Shown: piece by piece, positions 19,661-30,364 of the stretch
Numbering within the stretch: the stretch's first letter is position 1
Layout of the letters: the number at the start of each line of letters is the position of its first letter
Source of the DNA: Actinomycetaceae bacterium
GTDB lineage: Bacteria; Actinomycetota; Actinomycetes; Actinomycetales; Actinomycetaceae
Reading direction: 5' to 3'
Assembly: GCA_030532515.1 (NCBI GenBank)
Contig: JAUNKY010000003.1
Location: forward strand, 28,147 to 92,146
Length of the DNA stretch: 64,000 nucleotides
The notes under the pieces: model-generated
Database searches by the model: none
Told to the model about the DNA's origin: nothing
The model's input: the letters and a program-made list of their open reading frames with translations, nothing else
Program-made: the position numbers and the translations under genes

Positions 19661-19747
19661 AACATTAATAATAGCTGAAAATTTCCTGAAAATCGCATGT
19701 GTCTTGATTCACAAGCCAGCCAGCACTAATGTTTTGGTATACAAACT

Positions 19748-20401
19748 TTAATACAGTTTATCGCCCAGTTTAGTTCGGATAGTGTTTACGAATGCCTCAC
19801 GGGATTTCTCATCCTCTAACAAATCGTAATCAGCAATATTAAACTCCAACACATCCGAAACATCGTAACAATTCACTACCCAATCGTCATAACCTTCCCA
19901 CAGGCGACGATAGTAGGCCACCAGCTCTTCACCCTGCTCAAACTCGCGGCCACGCAGGGCAATCCGCTCTAAAATAGTTTCAAAATCGCCATGTAAGTAG
20001 ATAAATAAATCCGGAGCTTTAGAAGGAATCTCAGCAATCTCTTGCATCATATTGTTCAGCAAATCTGAGTAGATCTTCATTTCCAGATCACTAATCCCAC
20101 CCAACTGGTGGTTAACATGGGCGAAATACCAGTCCTCATAGATACTGCGATCCATCACCACTTTACGCCCATGATTGCGCAAACCTTCTTTAATCGAAGC
20201 AAACCGCGCATTCAAAAACTCAAGCTGCAGCAAAAACGGGTAGCGGTGGCGAATACGTTCTTCCTCCGTCGAAGTATAGAACAGTGGCAGAACTAAAGAC
20301 TCATCGACTTTTTCACGGATCACGTCGTAGCCAAGTTCTTTACCTAAGAGGGTGGAAACGGTGGTCTTTCCCGCGCCGATCATTCCCCCAACTACCAGCA
20401 T
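19748..20401 (-). CDS. Deoxynucleoside kinase (dAK/dGK/dCK family)
   Basis: P-loop GGMIGAGKTT at the N-terminus and a dNK-fold ERIALRGREFE lid region. Confidence 0.8.
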   Translation of the reverse strand: MLVVGGMIGAGKTTVSTLLGKELGYDVIREKVDESLVLPLFYTSTEEERIRHRYPFLLQLEFLNARFASIKEGLRNHGRKVVMDRSIYEDWYFAHVNHQLGGISDLEMKIYSDLLNNMMQEIAEIPSKAPDLFIYLHGDFETILERIALRGREFEQGEELVAYYRRLWEGYDDWVVNCYDVSDVLEFNIADYDLLEDEKSREAFVNTIRTKLGDKLY

Positions 20402-20479
20402 CTGCTTCTCCTTAAGATCATTCGAAAGGGCGGTCTGCCAATCTCTTAGTTTAGACAGACCGCCCTCGAAAAGAAAGAA

Positions 20480-21127
20480 TCAGTCCATTTCAGCCAAAAT
20501 AGCGGCAGAAGCAGACAGACCCAAGCGGTTTGCACCCGCTTCAATCATTGCCAACGCGTCAGCTGCCGTGCGGATACCACCGGAAGCCTTCACGCCCAGG
20601 CGGTCACCAACGGTAGCGCGCATCAGTGCTACTGCGTGAGTGGAAGCGCCCCCAGCTGGGTGGAAACCGGTAGAAGTCTTCACGAAATCTGCTCCGGCAC
20701 GTTCGGAAGCCTCACAGCACGCAACGATTTCTTCATCAGTCAAAGCTGCAGACTCGATGATAACCTTCAGCAGTGCCCCTGGAATAGCGTCGCGAACTGC
20801 CTTAATGTCAGCTTCAACTTCATCCCACTTACCTTCTTTAACCAGCTTCAAGTTAACTACCATGTCAACTTCGTCAGCTCCCAGTTCTACCGACTGAGCT
20901 GCTTCTGCGGCTTTAATTTCCTTGTGGTGTGCGCCCGATGGGAAGCCACAAACGGTAGCTACTGCCACGTGATCAGGAGTCTGTACTGGCAGGTGGTTTG
21001 GGCTCACGCAAACAGAGAAAGTGCCCAGTTCGGCAGCTTCGTCGATAATGCGCTGAACATCTGCAGCAGTAGTTTCAGGCTTCAAGATGGTGTGGTCAAT
21101 CAGCTTAGCTACTTCATTCTTATTCAC
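20480..21127 (-). CDS. deoC: Deoxyribose-phosphate aldolase
   Basis: TIM-barrel DeoC motifs (FVKTSTGF, Schiff-base Lys region; VKASGGIRT). Confidence 0.85.
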   Translation of the reverse strand: MNKNEVAKLIDHTILKPETTAADVQRIIDEAAELGTFSVCVSPNHLPVQTPDHVAVATVCGFPSGAHHKEIKAAEAAQSVELGADEVDMVVNLKLVKEGKWDEVEADIKAVRDAIPGALLKVIIESAALTDEEIVACCEASERAGADFVKTSTGFHPAGGASTHAVALMRATVGDRLGVKASGGIRTAADALAMIEAGANRLGLSASAAILAEMD

Positions 21128-21171
21128 GGTTTCTCCTTATTTCTTTTCTTGTTTACTTACAGTCTTGAGGT

Positions 21172-22470
21172 TTACAGGTCGTTTGCAATGCGATCGAGCA
21201 CTACCGAGGCGCGTGGTGCAGGAGCTTCAGCACTTACCGCGTAGCCGCCAGCCAAAGCTTCCAAAGCACGTTCGAAACGAGCTGGAGTCTGGGTGTGCAA
21301 AGTCATCAGTGGCTGTCCCTTGCGAACTGGGTCGCCAATCTTTGCGTGCAGTTCAATACCAGCTTCAGCCTGTACCTGTTCATCCTTAGATGCACGACCA
21401 GCACCCAAACGCCAAGAAGCCACGCCCACAGAAAGGGCATCCAGTTCGCTTAAGAAGCCGTCTGCTTCGGCCAGCACCTGGTGAGTGTGCTGCGCAACTG
21501 GCAGAGGTGCGAATGGGTCGCCGCCCTGGGCAGAAATCATCTGGTTCCAACGGTCCATGGCACGGCCGTCCTTAAGGGCAGCTTCCACATCAACGTCCTT
21601 CTTACCGGAAGCAGCCAGCATTTCACGAGCTAAGGTTACGGTCAGCTCCACAACGTCAGCTGGGCCGCCGCCAGCCAGAACTTCAACGGCTTCGCGAACT
21701 TCCAAAGCGTTACCCACAGTAAGGCCCAGAGGCGTGGACATGTCGGTGAGCATCGCGACGGTAGGTAGCTTGTGAGCAGCCCCAATGTTTACCATTGCCT
21801 GTGCCAGTTCGCGGGCTTTATCCAAGTCCTTCATGAAGGCGCCAGAGCCAACCTTAACGTCCAGCACCAAAGAACCGGTGCCTTCAGCGATCTTCTTGCT
21901 CATAATTGAAGAAGAAATCAAGGGAACGCAGTCAACGGTGGAAGTTACGTCGCGCAGCGCGTACAGCTTCTTGTCAGCTGGTGCCAAGCCTGCTCCGGCG
22001 GCGCAGATTACTGCTCCGGGGCCGGTTCCCAGCATTTCCATGATTTGTTCGTTAGAGATTTCTGCTTGCCAGCCAGGGATGGTTTCGAGCTTATCCAAGG
22101 TGCCGCCCGTGTGGCCCAGACCGCGACCGGAAAGCTGTGGCACGGCCACGTCGAATACTGCTACCAGTGGGGCCAGTGGCAAGGTGATTTTATCGCCTAC
22201 GCCGCCGGTGGAGTGCTTATCTGCGGTAGGGCGTGGGAGGCTAGAGAAGTCCATGGTTTCGCCGGAATCAATCATGGCTTGGGTCCACTGGCTGATTTCG
22301 GTTGGGTTCATACCGCGGATGAAGATTGCCATTGCCAGGGCCGCCATCTGTTCGTCACCCACTACGCCACGGGTGTAGGCGTCGATTACCCAGTCAATTT
22401 CTGGCTGGCTTAGTACGTGGCCGTCACGTTTGGTACGAATAATGTCGACTACATCGTATTTTTCAGTCAT
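21172..22470 (-). CDS. deoA: Thymidine/pyrimidine-nucleoside phosphorylase
   Basis: DKHSTGGVGDKITL phosphate-binding motif and family-typical length (432 aa). Confidence 0.85.
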   Translation of the reverse strand: MTEKYDVVDIIRTKRDGHVLSQPEIDWVIDAYTRGVVGDEQMAALAMAIFIRGMNPTEISQWTQAMIDSGETMDFSSLPRPTADKHSTGGVGDKITLPLAPLVAVFDVAVPQLSGRGLGHTGGTLDKLETIPGWQAEISNEQIMEMLGTGPGAVICAAGAGLAPADKKLYALRDVTSTVDCVPLISSSIMSKKIAEGTGSLVLDVKVGSGAFMKDLDKARELAQAMVNIGAAHKLPTVAMLTDMSTPLGLTVGNALEVREAVEVLAGGGPADVVELTVTLAREMLAASGKKDVDVEAALKDGRAMDRWNQMISAQGGDPFAPLPVAQHTHQVLAEADGFLSELDALSVGVASWRLGAGRASKDEQVQAEAGIELHAKIGDPVRKGQPLMTLHTQTPARFERALEALAGGYAVSAEAPAPRASVVLDRIANDL

Positions 22471-22497
22471 TCTTTTCTCTCTTCATTACGTATTCGT

Positions 22498-22935
22498 TTA
22501 GTTAGTTGGGTCTGTGTTCAGCCGTTTAACGGTTTCGGTGAGGTAGTCGGGTCCGAAGGCTTCGGGAAGAACCTGACTCATGGGGGTGATGCCAGTTGGC
22601 ATCATTAGTTGCAGGTTTGGTCCGCCGTGTTCATAGAGCAGTTGGCGGCAACGTCCGCAGGGAATCAGATTTTCTTCGAGGGCGTTAACACAGGTAAATG
22701 CTAAGAGTCGGCCTCCCCCAGTTTTGATAAGTTCAGAGACCATTCCACATTCAGCGCAGAGAGTGAGGCCGAAGCTGGCGTTTTCTACGTTGCATCCAGT
22801 GACGATGCGACCGTCGTCTACCAGGGCGGCCACGCCGACTGGGAACTTTGAATAGGGGGCGTAGGCTTTTCGCATGGCATCCACTGCATGAGCATGCAGG
22901 GTGTTCCAGGTTTCTTCAGTGATTTCTACCGCCAT
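22498..22935 (-). CDS. cdd: Cytidine deaminase
   Basis: Zinc-binding CAECG ... PCGRCRQ motifs. Confidence 0.85.
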   Translation of the reverse strand: MAVEITEETWNTLHAHAVDAMRKAYAPYSKFPVGVAALVDDGRIVTGCNVENASFGLTLCAECGMVSELIKTGGGRLLAFTCVNALEENLIPCGRCRQLLYEHGGPNLQLMMPTGITPMSQVLPEAFGPDYLTETVKRLNTDPTN

Positions 22936-23051
22936 GGGAGTCCTTTCAACTTCTGAATTGCCTGTCGTAATTTAGTGTGAGGGCACTTTTGGTGCCCTCA
23001 CACTAGTGTCTATCTATTTTATCAGTTCACCATTTAACCCAGTACCTGACT

Positions 23052-24320
23052 TTAGGCTGGGTATGGTTTACCTTCTGCTGCTGGGGCACGTACTGCACCA
23101 ACGAAGCCGGCAACGGCCAAGATGGTGATGACGTAAGGGATCATCAGCAGGAATTCTGCTGGTAGATCTGCCTTAACGGTCTGCATGGTAATGCCCAGGT
23201 TGGTTGCGAAACCAAAGAGCAGAGCGGCACCAAAAGCACCACGTGGGTTCCAGCGTCCCAGGATCATAGCTGCCAGCGCGATGAAGCCTGCGCCGGAAGT
23301 CATGTCCTTAGAGAATGCCAGGCCCTGTGAGAGGGTGAAGAAGGCGCCGCCCAGACCTGCCAGTGCGCCACCGATCATGACGTTCTGCCAACGAGTGCGG
23401 TTCACCTTAATACCCACGGTGTCAGCAGCCTTTGGATGTTCACCACAGGCGCGCATGCGCAGGCCCCAACGGGAGTTGAATACCAGGAACTGCATGCCGA
23501 TAACTGCCAGGAACATCAGGTAAACCAAGATGTTGTGGTTAAACAGAACGGGGCCAACTACAGGCAGGTCGGATAGTACTGGGATAGGTAGCTTTGGTAG
23601 CAGGTTAACCTTGTTCAAAGCCCCGTTGTCTACACTCAAAATGGTAGAGAACAAGAAGGAGGTTAATCCCAGGACCAGCATATTCAGCACCACGCCCACG
23701 ATGATGTGGTCGGTGCGGAAGTTGATGGTGAACAGCGCCAAAAGCACCGATACCAGTACACCGGCCAGCATTGCGCCGAAGAGGCCAATGTAAGGGCTGG
23801 AAGTTAGGGTAGCTACAACTGCGCCGAGGAAAGCTCCGAAGAGAAGCTGGCCTTCGATCGCGATGTTGATGATACCGGAGCGTTCGCAGACTACGCCGGA
23901 AAGGGCGCCGAATACCAGTGGAATAGCGAAGGTGAGTGCGCCGGTTAAGAGCGCAATCATCGGCAGGTGAGCATCGGATTTGCCTGCTACGGTAAAGGCT
24001 AGGAAGGCCAGTACGAATGCTACCGATACGCCTACCAGGAACCAACCACTGATGTGCTTGCGGTTTACTGCCTTGAGCCAGATCAGTACGGTCAGTGCCA
24101 CCGCGATGACGAACATAACGATGGTGAATGGGCGAGCTGGCAGGTTCGTTTCTGGAATTTCGAACCAGCTGGTGGCACCGCTCCAAGTGATGTGGGAGAT
24201 GCCAGAGGAACGTAGCATGATGAAGAAAGTCAGAACGGTCATCACCGTAGCGGTGATGGGGTCACGCAGTTCGATCTTCTTGCGTACGTCCACGCTGTTT
24301 TGCATAGTTTCTACGCTCAC
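23052..24320 (-). CDS. Nucleoside ABC importer permease (BMP-system, YufQ/NupC-like branched-chain permease fold)
   Basis: Multi-TM protein in an operon with the BMP lipoprotein and a duplicated ATPase. Confidence 0.75.
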   Translation of the reverse strand: MSVETMQNSVDVRKKIELRDPITATVMTVLTFFIMLRSSGISHITWSGATSWFEIPETNLPARPFTIVMFVIAVALTVLIWLKAVNRKHISGWFLVGVSVAFVLAFLAFTVAGKSDAHLPMIALLTGALTFAIPLVFGALSGVVCERSGIINIAIEGQLLFGAFLGAVVATLTSSPYIGLFGAMLAGVLVSVLLALFTINFRTDHIIVGVVLNMLVLGLTSFLFSTILSVDNGALNKVNLLPKLPIPVLSDLPVVGPVLFNHNILVYLMFLAVIGMQFLVFNSRWGLRMRACGEHPKAADTVGIKVNRTRWQNVMIGGALAGLGGAFFTLSQGLAFSKDMTSGAGFIALAAMILGRWNPRGAFGAALLFGFATNLGITMQTVKADLPAEFLLMIPYVITILAVAGFVGAVRAPAAEGKPYPA

Positions 24321-25525
24321 TTTTCTGCTCCCTTCACGGTGCTAGCGGTTGCAGACTGGGCTACCTTACGCTTGGTTTGGTAATAGCGGACCGCTTCTGA
24401 AGCTGCGATCAGCAGCACGATAACTGCCTGGGTAATCTGCACGATATCAACCGGAATCCCCGCGGATGCCTGCATGGTTGAGGAACCGGCAGAAAGCGCG
24501 CCAAAGAGGATACCCGCTAAAACGGTACCCAGCGGACGGGCCTTACCCAGCAGGGCTACGGTGATCGCGTCGAAACCGAAGGAGCCAGCTGAAGAGTTAG
24601 CCAAGAAGCGTTCGGTACCCAAAACTGGGGCCGTACCAGCCAAACCAGCCAGCGCACCAGAGATAGCCATCGTCAGCAAGATTACGCGCGAAACGGACAT
24701 ACCGGCGGTGCGGGCAGCGTCAGGGTTAGCACCCACTGCGCGCAGTTCGAAACCGAAGGTAGAGCGTTCCAGCAGCCACCAGACGAATACCGCCGCCAAC
24801 AGGGCAACGATAATCGACAGGTCCAGACGCAGCACTTCACCCAGCAGACGTGGGTAGGCTGCGGTGGCTTCAACCATCTGAGACTTACCCTGGGTGCCGC
24901 CCATGGTGAGGAAGTCTTGTCGCAAGAGGAATGCCAGTAACTGGATGGTTACAGCGTTCATCATAATGGTTACGATAACTTCGTTTGCGCCCAGTTTTGC
25001 CTTCAGGAAGCCTGGGATGGCACCCCAGAGCATACCGCCTGCAATAGCTGCCAGTACGGCTACTAGCAGGTGGATGCCGTATGGCAGGTGCAGGTGTAGA
25101 CCCGCGGTGGTAGCGAAGATCGCACCCATTGCCAGCTGACCTTGTACACCGATGTTGAACAGGCCGGCACGGAATGCCACGGTGATTGCCAAACCAGCGA
25201 TGATCAGTGGAACTGCGCGGGTAAGGGTTTCAAATAGTGGCTTGATGGCGCGGGTGGCATTACGAGCGTTGTAGTCGTAGATGGATCCGCGGAATAGTGA
25301 GGTGAAGAATCCGTGTAGCGAGTTTCCGACCTCGGCAAAGAAAGCGCCGGGGTTGGTTGAGAAGGATGCTGCTGCGGTTTGTACGTCGTTGTCGAAGATG
25401 ACGACGATCAGTGCACCGATTAGCAGCGATGCAATAATTGCCCCCACGATTGTGAAGGTGTTCATCCCAAAGACGCGCTTGAGAATGCGTTGCGCTACCG
25501 GGAGGTTCGTAGTTTCTTTACTCAT
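24317..25525 (-). CDS. Nucleoside ABC importer permease (YufP-like)
   Basis: Multi-TM protein. Start set at MSKETT (8-bp overlap with the ATPase stop) rather than the longer ORF-track start at 25588. Confidence 0.75.
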   Translation of the reverse strand: MSKETTNLPVAQRILKRVFGMNTFTIVGAIIASLLIGALIVVIFDNDVQTAAASFSTNPGAFFAEVGNSLHGFFTSLFRGSIYDYNARNATRAIKPLFETLTRAVPLIIAGLAITVAFRAGLFNIGVQGQLAMGAIFATTAGLHLHLPYGIHLLVAVLAAIAGGMLWGAIPGFLKAKLGANEVIVTIMMNAVTIQLLAFLLRQDFLTMGGTQGKSQMVEATAAYPRLLGEVLRLDLSIIVALLAAVFVWWLLERSTFGFELRAVGANPDAARTAGMSVSRVILLTMAISGALAGLAGTAPVLGTERFLANSSAGSFGFDAITVALLGKARPLGTVLAGILFGALSAGSSTMQASAGIPVDIVQITQAVIVLLIAASEAVRYYQTKRKVAQSATASTVKGAEK

Positions 25526-27074
25526 GTGAGCCCTCCAACTGAGTAGGGTTAGCAGCTGCCTGGGCGCGGGCTTCCTCAAGTGGCACACCTGCCATCATGA
25601 GGCCCAGTACGTCACGTGGGGTGCCGGCTGGAACGATACCAACAATCCGGCCACGGTACATGACGGCGATCCGGTCAGCCAGTGCGTCAACTTCATCTAG
25701 TTCGGTGGAGATAACTAGCACTGCAGTGCCGTTATCGCGTTCTTCTACAATGCGCTTGTAGACGAATTCGATGGAGCCAACGTCCAGGCCACGGGTAGGC
25801 TGTGAGGCTACCAGGGCAGTCAGTGGACGGGAGAGTTCACGTGCCAAAATCGCCTTCTGGGCGTTACCGCCAGAGAGGGTAGAGATTGGGTCGTGAACGG
25901 AAGTGACGCGAACGTCGAATTCTTCGCGGCGCTTTTCGGCATTTTCTGCGATGACGCTCGGGCGCATGTTGATGCCCTTTGCGAAAGGTTCCTGATCGTA
26001 GAGGTCAAGGATCATATTCTCTGCAATGGAGAAGGAACCAACCATGCCTTCAGTTTGGCGGTCTTCGGGAACGTAGCCTAAGCCTGCGCGCAGACGTTGT
26101 TTAATCGTAAGCGCGTTGACGTCATTGCCACCTAGGGTTACGTTGCCAGAGTTTGGTTCAATTGCGCCCAGGATAGAGGCGGCCAGTTCGGTCTGACCGT
26201 TGCCCTGCACACCTGCGACACAGACAATCTCACCGCGTTTTACTTCCAGATCTACGTGGTCTAGAAGTAGCTGTCCGGATTCAGCAAGTACGGACAGGTT
26301 GTTTACTGACAGACCAACTTCACCTTCTTTTGGTGCGTCTTTGTCTACGCCAAGGTTAACTGGGCGACCAACCATGAGGGAGGCCAGTTCCTTTTCGGTA
26401 GAGGTGGGGCTAGCTTCGCCCACTACCTTACCGCGGCGGATAACGGTGATGCGGTCTGCAACTGCGCGAACTTCGCGGAGTTTGTGGGTGATGAAGACGA
26501 TGGAGGTGCCGGCTGCCTTTAGCTGCAGCATGATTTCCATGAGTTCATCGGTTTCTTGCGGAGTGAGCACTGCGGTGGGTTCATCCAGGATGAGGACTTC
26601 GGCATCGCGTGAGAGTGCCTTGATGATTTCGACGCGCTGCTGTGCGCCTACAGGCAGGTCAGCAATTTTTGCCTGTGGATCGATATCGAAACCAAATTTC
26701 TTTGAGAGCTTTTCTACCAGTGCGGCCGCTTCTTTGTGCTTGATGATACCCGCAGCATTAGTTGGTTCGTAGCCTAATGCTACAGATTCTGCGACAGTGA
26801 AAACGGGGACCAGCATGAAGTGCTGGTGAACCATACCAATCCCGGCGGCTACAGCGTCGCCAGGTCCCTTGAAAGTTACCGGTTTGTCGTTGATGAGAAT
26901 TTCGCCATCGTTTGGCTGATAAAGGCCATAGAGTACGTTCATCAAGGTGGACTTACCGGCGCCGTTTTCACCCAATAGAGCGTGGATTTCTCCAGGCTCA
27001 ATAGTTAGGTCGATGTGATCGTTTGCTACTAGCGGACCGAAAACCTTGGTGATACCTCTTAGTTCGAGTTTCAC
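25518..27074 (-). CDS. ABC transporter ATP-binding protein with two fused NBDs (sugar/nucleoside importer type)
   Basis: Two Walker A sites (GENGAGKST; GVQGNGQTE) and two LSGG signatures. Confidence 0.85.
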   Translation of the reverse strand: MKLELRGITKVFGPLVANDHIDLTIEPGEIHALLGENGAGKSTLMNVLYGLYQPNDGEILINDKPVTFKGPGDAVAAGIGMVHQHFMLVPVFTVAESVALGYEPTNAAGIIKHKEAAALVEKLSKKFGFDIDPQAKIADLPVGAQQRVEIIKALSRDAEVLILDEPTAVLTPQETDELMEIMLQLKAAGTSIVFITHKLREVRAVADRITVIRRGKVVGEASPTSTEKELASLMVGRPVNLGVDKDAPKEGEVGLSVNNLSVLAESGQLLLDHVDLEVKRGEIVCVAGVQGNGQTELAASILGAIEPNSGNVTLGGNDVNALTIKQRLRAGLGYVPEDRQTEGMVGSFSIAENMILDLYDQEPFAKGINMRPSVIAENAEKRREEFDVRVTSVHDPISTLSGGNAQKAILARELSRPLTALVASQPTRGLDVGSIEFVYKRIVEERDNGTAVLVISTELDEVDALADRIAVMYRGRIVGIVPAGTPRDVLGLMMAGVPLEEARAQAAANPTQLEGSHE

Positions 27075-27162
27075 GTCGTGTCCTATTCTTGTTCAAAAAT
27101 AATGGAATAAGGTCCGAGCCGACGCGTCGGTTCGGACCTTATTCACGAGGATAGATCAGTTA

Positions 27163-28260
27163 TCAGGGCTGGTTCTTGGATTCTACCTTGATTTCGCCGT
27201 TCTTGATCTTTTCTTCCAGCTTCTTTACGCCTTCCTTAACTTCTGCAGGAACCTTGTCCTCGAAGTCGTGGAATGGAGCGATGGAAACGCCACCGTTCTT
27301 CAGGTTGCCTACGTATGGTTCACCAGAGAAGTTGCCTTCGGTCAGGCCCTTGATGGTGTCGAATACGGAGTTACCAATTTCCTTAACCACGGAGGTCAGG
27401 ATCAGGTTCTTGAATTCTGGCTGGGTGTTGTAGCCGTCAGCGTCAACCCAGATAACCATGGTGCCGTTGTTTGCTTCCTTAGCTGCTGCCAGGGTACCTG
27501 CACCTACTGGACCTGCAACTGGCATGATTACGTCAACGCCCTGTTCGATCAGCTGGTTGGAGAAGGTCTGACCCTTTGGAACGTCAGAGAAGCCACCGAC
27601 TACGATGCCGTCCTGCTTTGCCTTGTCCCAGCCAACGAGCTTAACGTCTGCGCCGTGTTCTTCGTTGTACTTCTTCATACCATCTTCGAAGCCGTCAGCG
27701 AAGATTGCGGTGGTAGGAATGTTCAGACCAACGAAGGTACCAATCTTGCCCTTGCCGGTCATGCCTGCTGCTACGTAGCCAGCCAGGTAGGAAGCTTCAG
27801 CGGTGTTGAATACCAGTGGCTTCAGGTTTTCTGGCTTTTCTTCGTAGTTGAAGTCAACGATTGCGAACTTAACATCTGGGTTAGCGGTTGCCTTTTCCTT
27901 CATGATGTCTGCCATCAAGAAGCCAACGCCAACGATGATGTCACAGTTGTCAGAGATCAGAGCTTCGATGTTTGGATCGTAGTCTGCTGCAGAGTGGGAT
28001 TCGGTGAACTTAATTTCGATGCCCAGTTCTGCTTCAGCGCGCTTCAGACCTTCGAAACCGGACTGGTTGAAGGACTTGTCTTCGAAGCCACCTTCGTCAG
28101 AAACCATACATGCCTTAACCTTCTTGGCAGGTTCGGTCTTGGTGGTTTCCTTGTTTTCCTTGCCAGCTTCTGGCTTGGCGTCAGTTGCTGCACCGCCACA
28201 TGCGGACAGAACCAAAGCTGCGGATACCATCAGGGCACCGAACTTCATAGTGTTCTTCAC
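27163..28260 (-). CDS. BMP-family (PnrA/Med-like) nucleoside-binding lipoprotein
   Basis: Lipoprotein signal with LSACGG lipobox; BMP-fold motifs. First gene of the bmp-ATPase-permease-permease-cdd-deoA-deoC(-dNK) minus-strand operon. Confidence 0.85.
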   Translation of the reverse strand: MKNTMKFGALMVSAALVLSACGGAATDAKPEAGKENKETTKTEPAKKVKACMVSDEGGFEDKSFNQSGFEGLKRAEAELGIEIKFTESHSAADYDPNIEALISDNCDIIVGVGFLMADIMKEKATANPDVKFAIVDFNYEEKPENLKPLVFNTAEASYLAGYVAAGMTGKGKIGTFVGLNIPTTAIFADGFEDGMKKYNEEHGADVKLVGWDKAKQDGIVVGGFSDVPKGQTFSNQLIEQGVDVIMPVAGPVGAGTLAAAKEANNGTMVIWVDADGYNTQPEFKNLILTSVVKEIGNSVFDTIKGLTEGNFSGEPYVGNLKNGGVSIAPFHDFEDKVPAEVKEGVKKLEEKIKNGEIKVESKNQP

Positions 28261-28578
28261 AATTTCCTCCTATGGAGTTGTAAGGATACTCTGAGTTACC
28301 GTTTTCTATGGAACATTTTTCCTTTGAATGGTCTCTCATTTGCCGTTCCAGTTTACCTGATTATTGTTAGCAATATCGCGGTCGATATGGAATCGTTACC
28401 CAGCAATGCCCGAGTTTCCCGCAAAATTGCCCACATTTAGCGACGTAGCTCACACTCTTTCGTGACTATAGTAGAGGGACTTTACAAACCCTTAACTAAA
28501 GCAAATTACGGACTATCAATTACCTACGCTCGATTGAGTTTGCCTATAGCAACGTTAGTCGCACGTTATACCGTTCAT

Positions 28579-28712
28579 TTCGCACGGGAAACCGCTTTCG
28601 TATGCGAATTCAGCCCACCAACCCCCTAAATTCACACGGGAAACGGCTTTCGTATGCGAATCCAGCCCACCAACCCCCTAAATTCGCACGGGAAACGCGT
28701 TTCCCGTGCGAA
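28579..28712. repeat. Family B tandem palindromic repeat array, locus 1 (3 units, 52-bp period)
   Basis: 30-bp palindromes TTCGCACGGGAAAC(C/G)GCTTTCGTATGCGAA separated by 22-bp linker TTCAGCCCACCAACCCCCTAAA. Third unit is a perfect palindrome TTCGCACGGGAAACGCGTTTCCCGTGCGAA. Confidence 0.85.
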
Positions 28713-28855
28713 TTGAGAGTAGACTGGGCGCCCTCGGGACAATATCGGGTGAACGGCGCTCCCAACCTGCCCTCTGAAATTAAACTAATCCCGCTCCCCT
28801 GCTGCGAACTTTTAGCTCGCCGGGAAGCGGGATCAGTAAAGCACTATTAAATGAA

Positions 28856-29149
28856 TCAGCCCTGTACTGCAACCAGGTCTACGTGCATGATGTCACGACG
28901 AACTGGGTGACGCTGTACTTCCTTGATCACTGCCAGCTGTTCCTTGCCATCGAATGCGATAGCCAAGGTAGCCTTGCGGTTGTTCTTCACAACCATGAAG
29001 ATTTCGTGACCTGGTAGTTCAACGTGGATTGGGTCCAAACCTGCGCCGTAAACAACAGCTGGAACCTTACCAGCCATGCGGGAACGACGGGCAAAGCCCT
29101 TACCAAAATCGGTACGTACAGTAGCTTCAAGACGGATTACGTCAGACAT
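28856..29149 (-). CDS. rplY: 50S ribosomal protein L25 (short form, lacking the Ctc C-terminal extension)
   Basis: L25 N-domain (GKVPAVVYG...HVEL). Position downstream of prs and glmU as in other actinobacteria. Confidence 0.7.
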   Translation of the reverse strand: MSDVIRLEATVRTDFGKGFARRSRMAGKVPAVVYGAGLDPIHVELPGHEIFMVVKNNRKATLAIAFDGKEQLAVIKEVQRHPVRRDIMHVDLVAVQG

Positions 29150-29350
29150 TTTTACTCCTTAGGGTTTCTTAGTAGTGACCCCGGGTGCGATATTCCCCGC
29201 GGCTGGATGGGCGATTTAGTCTCGCTTCCCAAAACCTTAAGGAACAATCGCCCAGTCGATAACGGCGATTTAGCTGGTAAAACCAGTTAAACCTCCCTCG
29301 CCGAGGCAACGTCACTTAGTATAACGTATTTACGCAAAGGCGACTAGCGC

Positions 29351-30331
29351 TTAGGCTACCCCGTCAAAGAGCGAGGTAACAGAACCGTCGTCGAATACTT
29401 CGCGAATTGCGCGAGCCAAAAGTGGGGCGATGGATAGAACGGTGAGGTTCTCGAAACGCTTTTCTTCTGGGATTGGCAGGGTATTGGTAACCACTACCTC
29501 GCGCGCACCACAGCTAGAGAGACGTTCTACAGCTGGGTGAGACAAGATGCCGTGGGTAGCGACAACTGTGACAGATTTCGCTCCGGCGTTCTTTACGACC
29601 TTTACTGCTTCAGCAATGGTGCCGCCGGTGTCGATCATGTCATCTACCAGCACGCAGTCGCGGCCTTCAACTTCACCAACTACACGGTTGGCAACAGCAA
29701 CGTTTGGACGAGTGGTGTCGCGGGTCTTGTGGACGAAGGACAGCGGACAGCCGCCCAGCTGGTTTGCCCACTTTTCAGCTACGCGGATACGACCGGCATC
29801 TGGGGAAACCACAGCAACGTTTGCCAAGTCGATAGTGGACTTTACGTAATCTACCAGCACTGGCATAGCCCACAGGTGGTCAACTGGCCCGTCGAAGAAG
29901 CCCTGTGCCTGGGAGGCGTGCAGGTCTACTGACATGACGCGGTCTGCGCCGGCAGTTTTGAAGAGGTCGGACATGAGACGTGCGGAGATTGGTTCACGTC
30001 CCAGGTGCTTCTTATCCTGACGAGCGTATGGGTAGCAGGGCGCTACTACAGTAATGCGCTTTGCTGAAGCGCGCTTGAGCGCATCCAGCATGATCAGCTG
30101 TTCCATGATCCATTCGTTGACTGGGTCAGTGTGGGACTGGATGACGAATACGTCGGCGCCACGAACTGATTCATTGAATCGAACGTAGGTTTCACCGTTT
30201 GCAAAGTCGTATGCGGTGGTTGGCGATACTTCGGTGTCAAGTTCCTTTGCCACCGCCTCTGCCAACTCTGGGTAGGCGCGTCCGGAAACGATCATTAGTC
30301 GCTTCTCACCCTGGGTTAGAATACCTGTCAA
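29351..30331 (-). CDS. prs: Ribose-phosphate pyrophosphokinase (TTG start)
   Basis: PRPP-binding loop DDMIDTGGT and N-terminal MIVSGRAYPELAEAVA. TTG start with GCAGGAGA RBS. Confidence 0.9.
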   Translation of the reverse strand: MTGILTQGEKRLMIVSGRAYPELAEAVAKELDTEVSPTTAYDFANGETYVRFNESVRGADVFVIQSHTDPVNEWIMEQLIMLDALKRASAKRITVVAPCYPYARQDKKHLGREPISARLMSDLFKTAGADRVMSVDLHASQAQGFFDGPVDHLWAMPVLVDYVKSTIDLANVAVVSPDAGRIRVAEKWANQLGGCPLSFVHKTRDTTRPNVAVANRVVGEVEGRDCVLVDDMIDTGGTIAEAVKVVKNAGAKSVTVVATHGILSHPAVERLSSCGAREVVVTNTLPIPEEKRFENLTVLSIAPLLARAIREVFDDGSVTSLFDGVA

Positions 30332-30364
30332 CGTAATCTCCTGCTTTCGACGGTGGGAACTTGG

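Noticed and set aside
20636-21244. 202-aa plus-strand ORF
   Set aside because: Antisense to deoC. Low-complexity translation.
27268-28440. 390-aa ORF on the plus strand
   Set aside because: Entirely antisense to the well-supported BMP lipoprotein gene. Cys/Val/Phe-rich composition typical of antisense frames of high-GC genes. No RBS.
28856-29149. rplY ORF being artificially truncated by a frameshift (expected ~200-aa Ctc form)
   Set aside because: The downstream sequence in all frames shows no Ctc-like C-terminal domain (it is the Family B repeat array). The short form is therefore taken as real, though unusual.
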